Below, in pieces: positions 35,601-45,200 of a stretch of DNA of 64,000 nucleotides. Position 1 is the stretch's first letter. Each line of letters opens with the position of its first letter. Position numbers and translations under genes: made by a program. The notes under the pieces are model-generated. The model saw only the letters and a program-made list of their open reading frames with translations. It was not told where the DNA came from and searched no databases. The stretch comes from Amoebophrya sp. A120 (Eukaryota; Protista; Dinoflagellata): contig CAJINV010000021.1 in the NCBI GenBank assembly GCA_905178155.1, forward strand, positions 607,530 to 671,529, read 5' to 3'.

Positions 35601-35894
35601 TAACCATCTGCCGACGCGTCTGACTCCCACCGGCTGCACGAAGAAATACTGATTCGTTACTTCCTTGGTCTTCGCATCTCGACCCAAATTCAGGACCTGG
35701 CCAAGTACATACCCTCCTTCTCGCAGCGCCCCTGCGGGTTCGACATCCACGTCGGGGTCGAGGGTGGTCGAGTAAACTGCTTCGAAGCCTTCCCATAGCA
35801 GGCCCTGCTGCTGTGCTGAGGATTTTGAAGACGAAGCGGCGGCGCCGGCGTTGTTCGTCTGCATTTCTATATCGCCTGTAGTGTCGGCCACCAT
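29688..35894 (-). CDS. LINE polyprotein: ORF1-like coiled coil, APE endonuclease, reverse transcriptase, C-terminal zinc fingers
   Basis: APE motifs LALSEV, SVYGP, AGDYNCHIG, SEIDGF, DHY; RT motifs DNYRGISV, YGFVSGR, LDLRKAFPS, GLQEGCPSSP, KFADD; RTE-type MLYG...GHLLR...PRK; CNQC..HLKLH and CPHC..HEKKC. Confidence 0.93.
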   Translation of the reverse strand: MVADTTGDIEMQTNNAGAAASSSKSSAQQQGLLWEGFEAVYSTTLDPDVDVEPAGALREGGYVLGQVLNLGRDAKTKEVTNQYFFVQPVGVRRVGRWLNVLNEKGRPAGIYSSKGNVRQGVALSNIRPGQHILFQIDEYTRPSTGSRSWIARDIIAVTRDGNPLVTGSGSGSTSAAPWYNNGLPAEGQRGFSMQVDDFPALQGSGQHRGSAQQEPAMTEEEIKFYIDAQVLTRVEKYNNSRITDLEELVGKLREELAAHGTTCEGLQKNVGAFADRLSTVEQDAASALTLVAEVPKLEKRVAATETGLVTLKSYVQTKMTNHFTLMMQEINQVFELAAVSTSSVSASSSNISVQTDPPVKASAFRTPPQPAPGLQKGAIGGAKYFPLSVFESESDNEDDDDDSDDDDVLSHITAQDHRRTGRPGFSAERSQRHEPSISCRGIKPAGGTTSGDGGPYFEKGTEPQSLWAGGEQGEADSCKRVGGHDQWSRGRRGSGDEPWCLSKTTLFTVLTFLLTIILLGNFFFSAFFGISGWKYTTDHVLLSLFTDRGRTFCSTSNCDYISDDISTTSCFVATCCSLIAVAVSQLACLRTKSRLLRFSVIFQIYKFATAGAKSLRVFWNTSLAVPACLGCCFDKFLTFSWNLFSNRLRKTKCYRKKDKKFLGAAGSFGARLLQVVLCISDHLLVFAVPPDDTALFRVSKYRLRFTEARANRAAEYEALVSSSYREVMSRAHEARQLKREQAAAASSSASSSSSSGAAPQLDSVSSPPVPTTPPRSHASFNRPRCPDYGVFTQPATTGGTQIRITTQNCRESIIGNRARDKIIRSAPDDEDYNVLALSEVNWGKSAAGLEGVLDISGDIIQDRLHKGGAAKDDDSDPGDAHDRPADTKSFITRGPGFIACIGHGAGIVVRGGPIFDELVVLTDEALAERFLVRDRVVVGLFRRLTLLSVYGPADSPKASAANFYRPLLRWTRALLRKTNRRNIPFILAGDYNCHIGADQEGFVVGKFASGKRSNDKGVELVSRLAKHNMRHVDSFFEMPQPRHTYLREGSESEIDGFITSGRFLGRVDGVNVCKHLRDVTTLRSGKDGQFCHHDLDHYGKTITLTLPPDAHEEEQPSKQRGGGYAGVAPVTQDCVAAYSAHVKSELSQHANTPTTLESFLRAMSSGEAIVLETAQERGLRLATCKKHAKVRQQEAPPALQQDTSKPATVRALWKHIGSTKKSRGPSTAPMGWSKHYVEKVVAKQQPCSTFNASEFVGRVSDSSAAALDAPIALEEWKAAVKEVRAGSDSQSWSKEIFTALDDDLTQLLLDLLAQELRAGNGLRGIDEKFRRTRVSLLHKRGRRDSLDNYRGISVVPSLCKVLAHIMTRRLQKLIFDEDLADIENYGFVSGRNSSDAIVLLRRLKEDAAEFADLEQFCTVWASCLDLRKAFPSLCWSVTQDTVTALGISGTLAWSALASCHRDVVCREVREGVDFGLPLGLQEGCPSSPSCFSLVYAVVSTAVRRARSKLPPAAPNLDSSGVLLKYPTGDFFAANEKEKLEFLLRPSQQSSCGQTRLGTVKFADDTNSFGESVSGVVDRSVVDSCLNVLASARMEENVDKRIEGQLDQLDCGFLGVSLDDTKDTRNRISRSWKAFYGAQRHLVGFGELNKWHRRAVVVALVRGTMLYGANGRSFSAQELSDLTAADNAILRRLFNLSLPQMEVMKVSHGDLREHIGVAPISAEIGYSRLSHGGHLLRRDRDYLPRKAFFGRFIISAVDPNATPDRNPEMFLLPRRPSRLPSVYESFIEACAAARIPVQELAGFAVSETRRDWFLRTRSWYIDATMQHWFFASWRDALSQPRVLVAYERLLKKNGISREEFDAAYGDRARVGSKRATLKVTPSLAELRAKQTVLKGEISERQTDELVRNSGGIYTACKDGIGALWCNQCAAALGGSLRALRAHLKLHQEDDFVRIVAERDGSYTPAEEFAYGRSGQCILSKYKPSQRFVLPPQRFLNGAEASKFSARQLICPHCATHSISWPRDFQKKVGASRRMKTHEKKCCAQRKLDLKCDPILEEEDENDTSDVAES

Positions 35895-36154
35895 CTCGCC
35901 TCAGGTGGAGGCGAGCAAAACGCTCGGAAATTACCGTCTTCGGGAGAGAAGAGACAAACGGTAGAATCAAGTCCGCCCAGGTGGGCAGCGGAGACAAGAC
36001 GAACGCAGACCAGACTACATTGTGTGTTTCACAGTGAAGTTGAGAATTACACTCATCTCTCAAAGAGTAAACAAAAGCAAAAAGGCCCAACGTGGGCTCC
36101 CACAAGCGGCGGGCACGGTAAGAGTGTTTCAACCGTGTTTACATAAAAGAATGC

Positions 36155-36175
36155 CTTGAGCCAAAATGGCTACGG
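36155..36175 (-). other. Dinoflagellate spliced-leader motif at the LINE 5' end
   Basis: Reverse complement CCGTAGCCATTTTGGCTCAAG, same strand as the LINE ORF, 260 nt upstream of its ATG. Confidence 0.92.
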
Positions 36176-36266
36176 GCATAAAAAGCTCATACTCTTGTAA
36201 TTTTTTTTAAGCGCAGGCAAAACGCTTGAAACCCATCATGAACACAAAAGTTGCAGCACTCGGGCC

Positions 36267-39200
36267 CTATCTTCGCCACATCTTGCGGCGCCAAAACATA
36301 GAACAGTGACAAAGCAAGCTGGCCAATATGCTCCTGTGGCCGTTGTCGTTGAGTTCGGCTTCGGTAGGCTTCGTTCGTGTTACTTCCAATAGTCGCTCAT
36401 TACTACTTGAAAGGTAGACAGAAAAGTACTGCAAAAGAACACAGTTGAATGAAAGCACTGTCGTTTCGCAAAAAGAAAATCATCCGCAGACGCAGTTCGA
36501 AAAAACAAGGATACAGAAAATAAATGAATAAATGGGTTTTATTGACTCAATGACTCCTCGCCGCTCCAATTTACTTTATTTTTGCCAAAAATGAAGCAAC
36601 TCATGATGCGTCGAGGTGGAAATAAAGCAAAGGGACTCCTGTTTGTATTCATACGTCAAGGTGGGCACGCGTATACACAACCTTTTTCACCCTTACTAGT
36701 GATATTTTAAGAAAAGTCCCTCGCTGCGAAAACGCTGCAAAAATGCCATTGCGACTACTACAAAACTTTACTATATTTAGAGCTAAAGGCAAAGTGGCTA
36801 CACAACCAAGTCCGGCTGTTCAGCTTCATCTTTTTCATTTATCATTACCGAATAAAGTGCTCCGAAGTTGTATCTTCTACCTTTTTCGACATGTAGTTGG
36901 CGATCAGCTCCTTTGCCATCGGGGAAGGCGAGATATCCATTGCAAAAGTATTTTTGCATCGTACACGTACCACTACCAGCTGTACACCTTGCATTACAAA
37001 TTTCCTTAGGATCATGAGAAATCGAGTTTGCCATGCTCATGGACCTTGCGAAGTAGATTTGTCATGCATACCCGCAATGCGTACGAGCCAGCACGAAGAT
37101 ACTTATGCAATGCATACAAAAAGCGCAGAGATGCAGCTACGGCGACGCGGGACGGAAAAATTTCCACAAGGAAAGATCTGATCAGTTGTTTTGAATTGGT
37201 AATGAAAGAGAGATGATGAAAATACAGCTGTATAGCGTAAAAAATAAAAAGATGAGCATTTTTACGTATTTATAGGAACTCAAACTAGAATTAGTATGAA
37301 GAACTCAAAGAGCCACATAATTCCACTACATCAACAGGTGGATCATGATTGGGGGGAGGCTAGCTTACGCAACTTCAACGAACCTGGCACAGCATCTACA
37401 TCACAACGCTGAGAAAAGGAAATGCAGGAAAAGCTGCAAGCCAAGTTTAGTACCTTTCCGTGCCTGTAATAACCCGCTCCGCTCTATTCGCAACTGCTCA
37501 CCAACGCAGCTGCCGCCCTTCTAGCGCTGTTATTTGTACGCGGAGAAGATGAATAAAGCAACTTGCTAAGATTTCTACTGTGAAGAGGAGTTTTCCAGTT
37601 ACTGTTTTCGATTTTTTCACAGGTCGTCTTCATCGATCGAGAGGCTCGCGGTGTTCTGTTCGATCCGGGCCTTGCTAGTGTAAGTGCGGTTCCTGATTTC
37701 CCGGCAATTTATTGTCTGAAAAAGCACGAGCCTCGTTGTAGTAAGTAGATCATGGAAATAATATAAAGTGCTCCTGTAAGGATGCAAAGACCAAAGAGCA
37801 TCTTCTGTGTAAACATTTTGCAGCTGATGTAAGAAAAACGCAAGGCAAATTGCACCGACTTGATGTGTTTTTGCGCTCTTTCAAGATTTCTTGCGCATAC
37901 TTTGCACGAAGATGGTGTGAGGAGGTGTGATTTCCAAGACGATAAAGTCCGGCTGTTCGCGATCTTTCTCTTGCTCCTCGTTGTACATTTCGCTTTCTTC
38001 CTGCTCGCCGTCAATCTTTGCGGTGGCAATGGCGAACAGTTTTGTCGTCGTTACCGCCTCAAACTCCTGCTTCTCCTCGTTCCATTCCGGGGGATAGAAC
38101 GTTGTCAAAAACTGCTGGCAGATCGGCGCCCTTTTTTGTTCCTTCGAACCTTCGTCCTTGTCCATCATCATCTTGCTCACGGGAGTTGTACTGGTCATTT
38201 GGGCCGGCAGCTCGGGGCCTGGCGCCGTCGAGGAGCGGTTCATCTTGTACCTATGCCATGAAAAAACATGCGATATGATCGTCCTGCCTTATTTCGTGTG
38301 CTGGTCCTCATGCGATGACATTTTTCTTGCATGCCAATTCATATTATCTTCATCACGCTTTATTTGGGCATGCGCATGAGGCAGAGGCTCCAAGTCGTGA
38401 AAGGAAATCGAAATAGCAATAGGTTCTTGGTTAAGCGAAAAAATAAAAGTTCCGCTCTGCATCTGCATGTATTGAAAAGTTGTTGAAGATGCGCAACAAA
38501 ATCAAAAAACCACGAGGCTGCAGGGAGCACATAGCGTTTTTCTTCCCATGGGATAAGCAGAAGCGATATCAGTGCTCGTCCCGCCAATGTAGTTTCTCCA
38601 AGTTGTACTGCTTGGAGATGCTCTATGGAAGTGTCAGGATCGAAATTGACAAAGTTAAAATGATTTGTGCTGCATAAAATCGATACCAGTTGGGATCCAG
38701 TTTGGAAGTGGCGCATGACAAATTTTGGCAGCATTGAAATCCAATTTGTCATGCTGTTTAGGCACAGAAGGCTGCTTTTGTCATGCTACTTCAGCAGCTC
38801 CATTTCAAACCCCAAACAGGGCTACAGTTGGCCTCTCTTGCAATACCTGCAACACAGTCACTCCGTGTCTTGCGTTTTGTGCATTGCAAATTATTTGAAC
38901 TTTGTCGATTTCAATCCTCACACCCCCATATGCTCCTGACCAGCATTGTTGGTGCTGTCCTTCGAAAAGATTTGCTGCGCCCGCGGCCGCTGCGCCAGAA
39001 GTTGTGGTCCCTGAAGCGGACGAAGAAGTAGCTGACGACGAAGACGCGACACCTCCTTCGTTTGATGTTCCTAGTGTTGCACCAGATGATGATGGTGGAA
39101 CAAGCGAACTACTCTGCGTCACGTTTTTAGAGCTAGAACTTGAACTACTAGAACTTTTACCGCTGCTGCTTGTGTTTCCCCCACCTGCAGCACCACTAGT

Positions 39201-42200
39201 GTTTCCCCCACCAGCAGCACCACTACCACTATCCCCGCCAAAGTGGTTACTGGAGCCATTCTTGCCAGATGACCCGCCCTTTCCACCGGCGCCCGCGCCG
39301 AAATTGTTTTTACTTTCAGCGTTGTAGTAGTTCGCCGGGACACGGCTTGTCAGTCCGTTCACGTGCACGATCGGGGAAATGCCTTCTGCAAATCTCCGGC
39401 AGCACAAGTGAGTACACTCCTCGCAGCCCACTGGAATGATTTTTCAAATTCAAAATGGAATAATAAAATTTAGCATATTTTTTCAGTGCATAACGCTGAT
39501 CTTCATGTTTCACAAGTACACGCTTACTATCGACGCACTCCTCTTGAAGAGGACTAAAATTCGTACCTAAGAAGTAGCTAGGTACCTACGTACTAGAGTA
39601 ATGCGAAGAACAGCCGAAGTCTACATCTAACGAAAGTACATCTTCAACCATAGCGAAAGAAGCTGCGTTCTCTTTACCGTAGCAGATTGCTTCTGTCGAG
39701 TTGGTCTCGTCCGAGTATTTTTTGTGCAGGGCATCAATTTCCAGGACCGTTTGCTCCGGTTCATTCCGGCTGCAATCATTATCCCCGATGCGGATCCAGA
39801 TGGGAACCCGGTTCGTGTCAATCGACAGGGGGCGGAACTTATCAAATGTAAAAATGTCTGGGTCTGGAAGAGTCATGCTGTTTTTGCATGACACAGAAGG
39901 TCTGGCATGGAAGCTCTAGCATCACAGGTTTCGAGAACCTTCCGCAATGCCGAATCCGCATGACAAGTCCCCTATTTTGCTAACAAAAAGTGGGAGCTTT
40001 TGCTACGTATGCATGAGAGACTTTTCTGTGTTCTGAAATACGCATTACAAGTTGCATTCTTCCAGACCCAGACATTTTTACATTTGATAGAACTTCGTGC
40101 AGTGGTGGTAACGCCAGTCGTATCAAGTGGCAATATAATGTCTGGGTCACTGGAAGAATGCATGTTTGTCATGCTTGTCTGGCATGACTCTTGAATTTGT
40201 CATGCAAGTTACCCAAGAGCAGCTCCATTTTTCTGCCATGCAGAAACGCAGTTTGTCATGCAGAATACTAGGCAACACCTAGAAGCTCAGAAACTTGTCA
40301 TGCTGGGGCAGCACTTGTGGCCTCATCATGATACGCCACCCAGCATCACAAGTTTCCAGACCCAGACATTTTTGCATTTGATAAGTCGTCTCGCGCCGGG
40401 GCTTGCTTGAACTCTTCCAGCAGGAAGGTGATGAAGTCGATGGCTCCCTTCCTCGTGAGGTAATTGTTGTGGCAGTTATGCAATACAAATTTCCTGTACG
40501 TGTACAAAATGCATCACAAACTTCACCAATTTGGGCTTTTTTACCTCTTGTCATGCTAAACTAGAATCGAAGTCCAGTTTTGTCATGCAGAGACCGCATT
40601 TGTACTTGTGCGGGAAATTATTTACTCTGGATAGCAGTGCACCTCGTGAAACTTCATCTCTTGGTCGGGAAACATCTCCTTCCACTGCTTAATGTACTTA
40701 ATCAACGGATCCAGAGTCGTCAACAAGTTCCCGTCGATGCGCCAGACGGAGATCTGGTAGATTTTTTTTTTTTCCTTTTCTAGTATACTATTTGCTCGTG
40801 TTGCATGTACATGTAGTCAACATCTTCTTCAACAGGCCAACAACTTCTAAACTTCTCACGTGCACCAGCTGCACGGATCACCTCTCATCTCTGCACGGAT
40901 CACCTCTATTTGTTTTTCAAGATTATTCAAATACCTGGATCTTTTTTCGCAGAAAGAAATCGATGAGTTTCTCGAACGACTCGTCGTTAAGCTTGATTTA
41001 TGCACTGCAAAAGTATCGCACTAGTAGCGATCGCAATGCAAATGCAGCATGACAAATGGACAATGACAAATGAATGAATTTTTCATGCCGATTTCGCTTG
41101 GAAAGGCAGTTTTCTCCTGCATGACTGCAATTCGTACACGAGTGCGGCACTTTTGCAATGCGTAAGGTTTCCCGCATGTGCAGCTGCCCGCGACACTGCG
41201 AGTACTGTTCTTCCTTGTCGATGAAGTCCTTCGAAAAGGAACCCGCCACACCGCCGGCGTCCACGGGGTACATGTACTCTTCCAGCGATTCGACGAACTG
41301 ATAGAATTCATTTACATTTTCACGACATGTCGGGTTATGTATAATTAATACTAGGATTTTTGATGAATCATGGGGTTGTCAAGCGATGATCTGCAGCATC
41401 TACTTCAAGTACAAGTCACGAGTTCTACTTCATCGGTACACAAATTATTTGCTTTGCAGCTGCTCACTATCAAATGTAAAAATGTCTGGGTCTGGAAGAA
41501 TTCATGTTTGTCGTGCTTGTCTGGCATGACTCTTAAATCTGTCATGCACGTCACCCAAGAGCTCCGTTTTTCTGTGATGCAGAGGCGCAGTTTGTCATGC
41601 AGAATAGGCAACACCTAGGAGCTCAGAAACTTGTCATGCTGAGCCAGCATTTTTAGCCTCATCATGAGACGCCACCCAGCATCACAAGTTTCCAGGCCCA
41701 GACATTTTTACATTTGATACTCACGTCGTGGTGACAACTTGTATAGTACGGCGTCCACGTTGTCTCCAATGTACTTGAAGTCCGGGTGTCCCTCCGGCGG
41801 GGCACTTATGAAAGCCTCAGGTTGGAAATCCTCAAAGTGGAAATAATTTGTGATGCAAAAAAACGACTCCAGTTGAAGCGTCATTTGTAGTCGGCGCATG
41901 ACAAATCTCCCGGGCACTTAAAGCATGTCTGTCATGCAGGTTAAGGCAAAGGGGTGCCCTTCTCTCATGCTAAGCAGCACTCCAATTCTTCACCCCTAGC
42001 AGGACAATAATCGGCCTCCATTGCGTCCTCTGCAATACAGTCTTTTTTGCGTCGCATTCCATGCATCACAAATTATTTCCACTTTGAGGATTTCCGTTCT
42101 GAGGCCTTCATAGCACTCTTGCCGTTCTTGCCCTTGCCCTTCTGCCGGTAGCTCTGTTGGTACACGGGGCAGAAGAAGCAAATGATTTCGGGTCTTTTCA

Positions 42201-45200
42201 GCTGATGTATGCATTGCAAAAGTGTCTGGGTCTGGAAGATTGCAACTTGTCATGCTAAATCCGAATCATGCAAAAAGCTGTGTTGCATGAGTGCCAAAAG
42301 CAGCTGTCCCCTTTCGCCCAAGTTGAGAGGGACTTTCTCATGCAGGAAAGGCATGATAGAAACCTCAGAGAATCTGTCATGCTGGGTCTCGCATTCCAGA
42401 CCTCATGGATCATGGAAAACCTGCATCACAGATCTTCCTTTCTTCCAGACCCAGACTTTTTTACAGTTGATATGATGCTGCAGGTTCTCCACGATCTTGA
42501 TCGAGTACGACCGCGCCACAGGGTTTCCCTGCATCGCCACATATACCGTGCGCAACCGTTACAATCTCAACAAGCGTTACAACTACAGCAATGGAAATTT
42601 GTAATGCAAGTAGTGCAGTTAATCTAGTCTACTGGTACTGTCACAGGATTTTTGCGCATGACAAGCTCTGGAGCTCCAAACGAACCCCATGCATGAGACT
42701 TCTCTGGCGAAAATCTCTAGCGCAAAGCCCTGTATGTTCCTCATGCAATCCATGCAAGACAAAATCCAGACGCTTCTGCTGTAACGCTTGAGATTGTGAA
42801 AGCACCTGAGCGGGTCATACCACAGCAAATCGGTTTTTCGCATCGACTCGCAACAGCTCATTCTCCGCCTTAGAATCTGGACGCTCTGTGGTTGTGGGAC
42901 AAGAAGACGCCATCAGTTTTTTATCATGCTCTCTTCCCGGTTCATTTGAGGAAAAGAAATGTCAATGATGTATTTTGTCACATCAAGATTATCAAACATC
43001 AGTGCTAGTACTCCTGCCTCAAACGACCACAGCTAAGGATCAATTCAACATCACACATCATTTCAAAAAAATTCCTCACCCCATCGCCTCGCACACTTCA
43101 TGTTGACAACGCCATTCGCCCTGTTCGCCGGCGGATTCTGGTTGATCGGGTGTTTCATGGATTCCAACACTGATGGGTTAGGGTTGTTCTCAGAGGCCCC
43201 CTCGGCGCCCCAGGGACCTCGATTTCCTTTTCCCCCTCCCTTGCGATTGTAGTTCCAATTGTTCCAATTGTTATCCCAGTCGTTGTAATTCGAATACGAA
43301 TTGTTCCAGTTGTTGTCGTTGTAAGAACCACCTTGATAATTATTGTAGGTGCTCTGGTACCCACCCCCGGGCTGGTGCACGTGCTGACCGCCCCACATCA
43401 TATTCATACCACTCATGTTATGGGAGTGTCAGGATCGAAATCGACAAAATCGAATCTGTAATGCATAAAAATGCTACGCAAAAAGCGACTCTATTGCAGA
43501 GGATGCAAGGAAGGCGGATTGTAGTCCTGGTAAGGGTTAAGTGTTGGGCTGCTGACTAGCATGACAGAAGGCAGCTCTTTTGCCCTAAACCGCATAACAG
43601 ATTCGCTTCCAGGACGAGGAGGATTTGTCATGCGCCGACTACAAACTGTGGGTCTAACTGGCATCGATTTTGTGCATCACACGTTTTTCGATTTTGTCCA
43701 TTTCGATTCTGACACTTCCATACATGTCCATTCCCATTGCTTGGTTCATCATCATCACCATCCCCATCGGGTTCATCATCATTTGCGGTTGTACCAAGGA
43801 AAATTTTCACTCTCGCGGCCATCCAGAGCAGTTGGTCAAGATGTTGAATTGCGCACGTGACAGACTACGAATTGTAGTACGAATACGAGTACATTATAAT
43901 AAATGCAAAATTCAAATCGAGCACCTAAAGCTCCTTCAACAGCACACGCAAGGAGCTACTCTGCGGGCCCCGATTGGTGTGCTTTAACGTGTGATACCAT
44001 ATTGGCCATCTGGAGTTGCTGGTTTTGGAAAACCAACTGCTGCATGTGCATCTGGAACTGCTGTGGTAGTTTTTGAATGTAGTTTTAGTTTTGCGTCATC
44101 ATGTACTAGGTTGGTACGGTAGATTACTAGTCGAAGTCGGTTGAAGTGGATATCTAAATCTATCCAAACAACTCAACGCGCGCAGCTGCACTCGATCGCG
44201 ATCGAGATCGAAAACAAGGACAGGAGCGCAGTTAATTATTTCCATTCAGTACAAAAAGATGAAAAACAAATAGATATAGAATACAATGCGCAAACACTAA
44301 AGCATACCTGTTGCCCGTCAGTGGACATCATGGTAGAGTCAGTCGCGTTCGTGCTTGCACCTGCCTGCGCAGCGACTGCTCCGACCTGCTCGTTGCTGGC
44401 AGCATTCTCCTTGTTTTCCTTCTGATCGTCGTCGATCTTGGGGCGCTTGGCAGCGGGGATCATGTTGTTGTTGACCTCGTCCTGCTCCACCGGTTCATGA
44501 CCCAGATCGTCGCTCTTGGGGCGCTTGTTGGCAGCGGTGCTGGTAATTTTCTGATCCTCTTCAACAGCTTCCATGTCGTTCATCTTGGCGGTTTTCTTGT
44601 TGCTGTTTATTCCCAAGTCGGCACTATTTTCAGTACTTTCTTTTACGACAGCGACGTTAGCACTCTCCTCCTCCGTTCTTAATACCGTCTCCTGCCCAGA
44701 ACAGGATGAAGCAGTAGCGGGAACAAGTGGACCTACTTTCTTTTCCGCTTCGGCCTTGCACGACTTTTCGACTCCTTCACGGTCAACATCTTCTTTCTTC
44801 GGTTGTAGGTGTTGCAGTTCTTCGACGGCTGGAGCTCCCCCTCCCGCAGCAAAAGCATTCGCCTGCTCGCCTTCAACTTCGCTAAAGGAACGGCCGTCCC
44901 GAAAGGGGTTGTTCGTTCCTTCAATCATTTTCGAGGCAGACGAGGGGGCGGTAGAATATGGAAGCGTCAGGTTTGAAATCGTCAAAGTTGAAATAATCTG
45001 TAATGCATAAAATGCATGGCCCGAGGTACGTGTGTTGCAGAGCAGGCAAGTGAGGCCGACTGTAAGCCTGTTTGTGGTTGCAGCTCGAGCTGCTAAAGTA
45101 GCATGAGAAAATCACTCGTCTTTGCCTAAACAGCATGACAAACTGGATTTAGGGACCACCCAGATTCGTCATGCGCCACTTGGAAACTGGGTTCCAACTG

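Larger units (their letters stand above)
29535..36176 (-). mobile_element. Apparently full-length RTE-like non-LTR retrotransposon, spliced leader at 5' end, (GAT)n tail at 3' end
   Basis: Single 2068-aa ORF; (ATC)n tract at about 29536-29552 on the plus strand; dinoSL motif at 36155-36175; no convincing TSD. Confidence 0.88.

Noticed and set aside
29532-36180. LINE target-site duplication GTATA/GCATA
   Set aside because: Only 4 of 5 bases match and it abuts the tail; not distinguishable from chance
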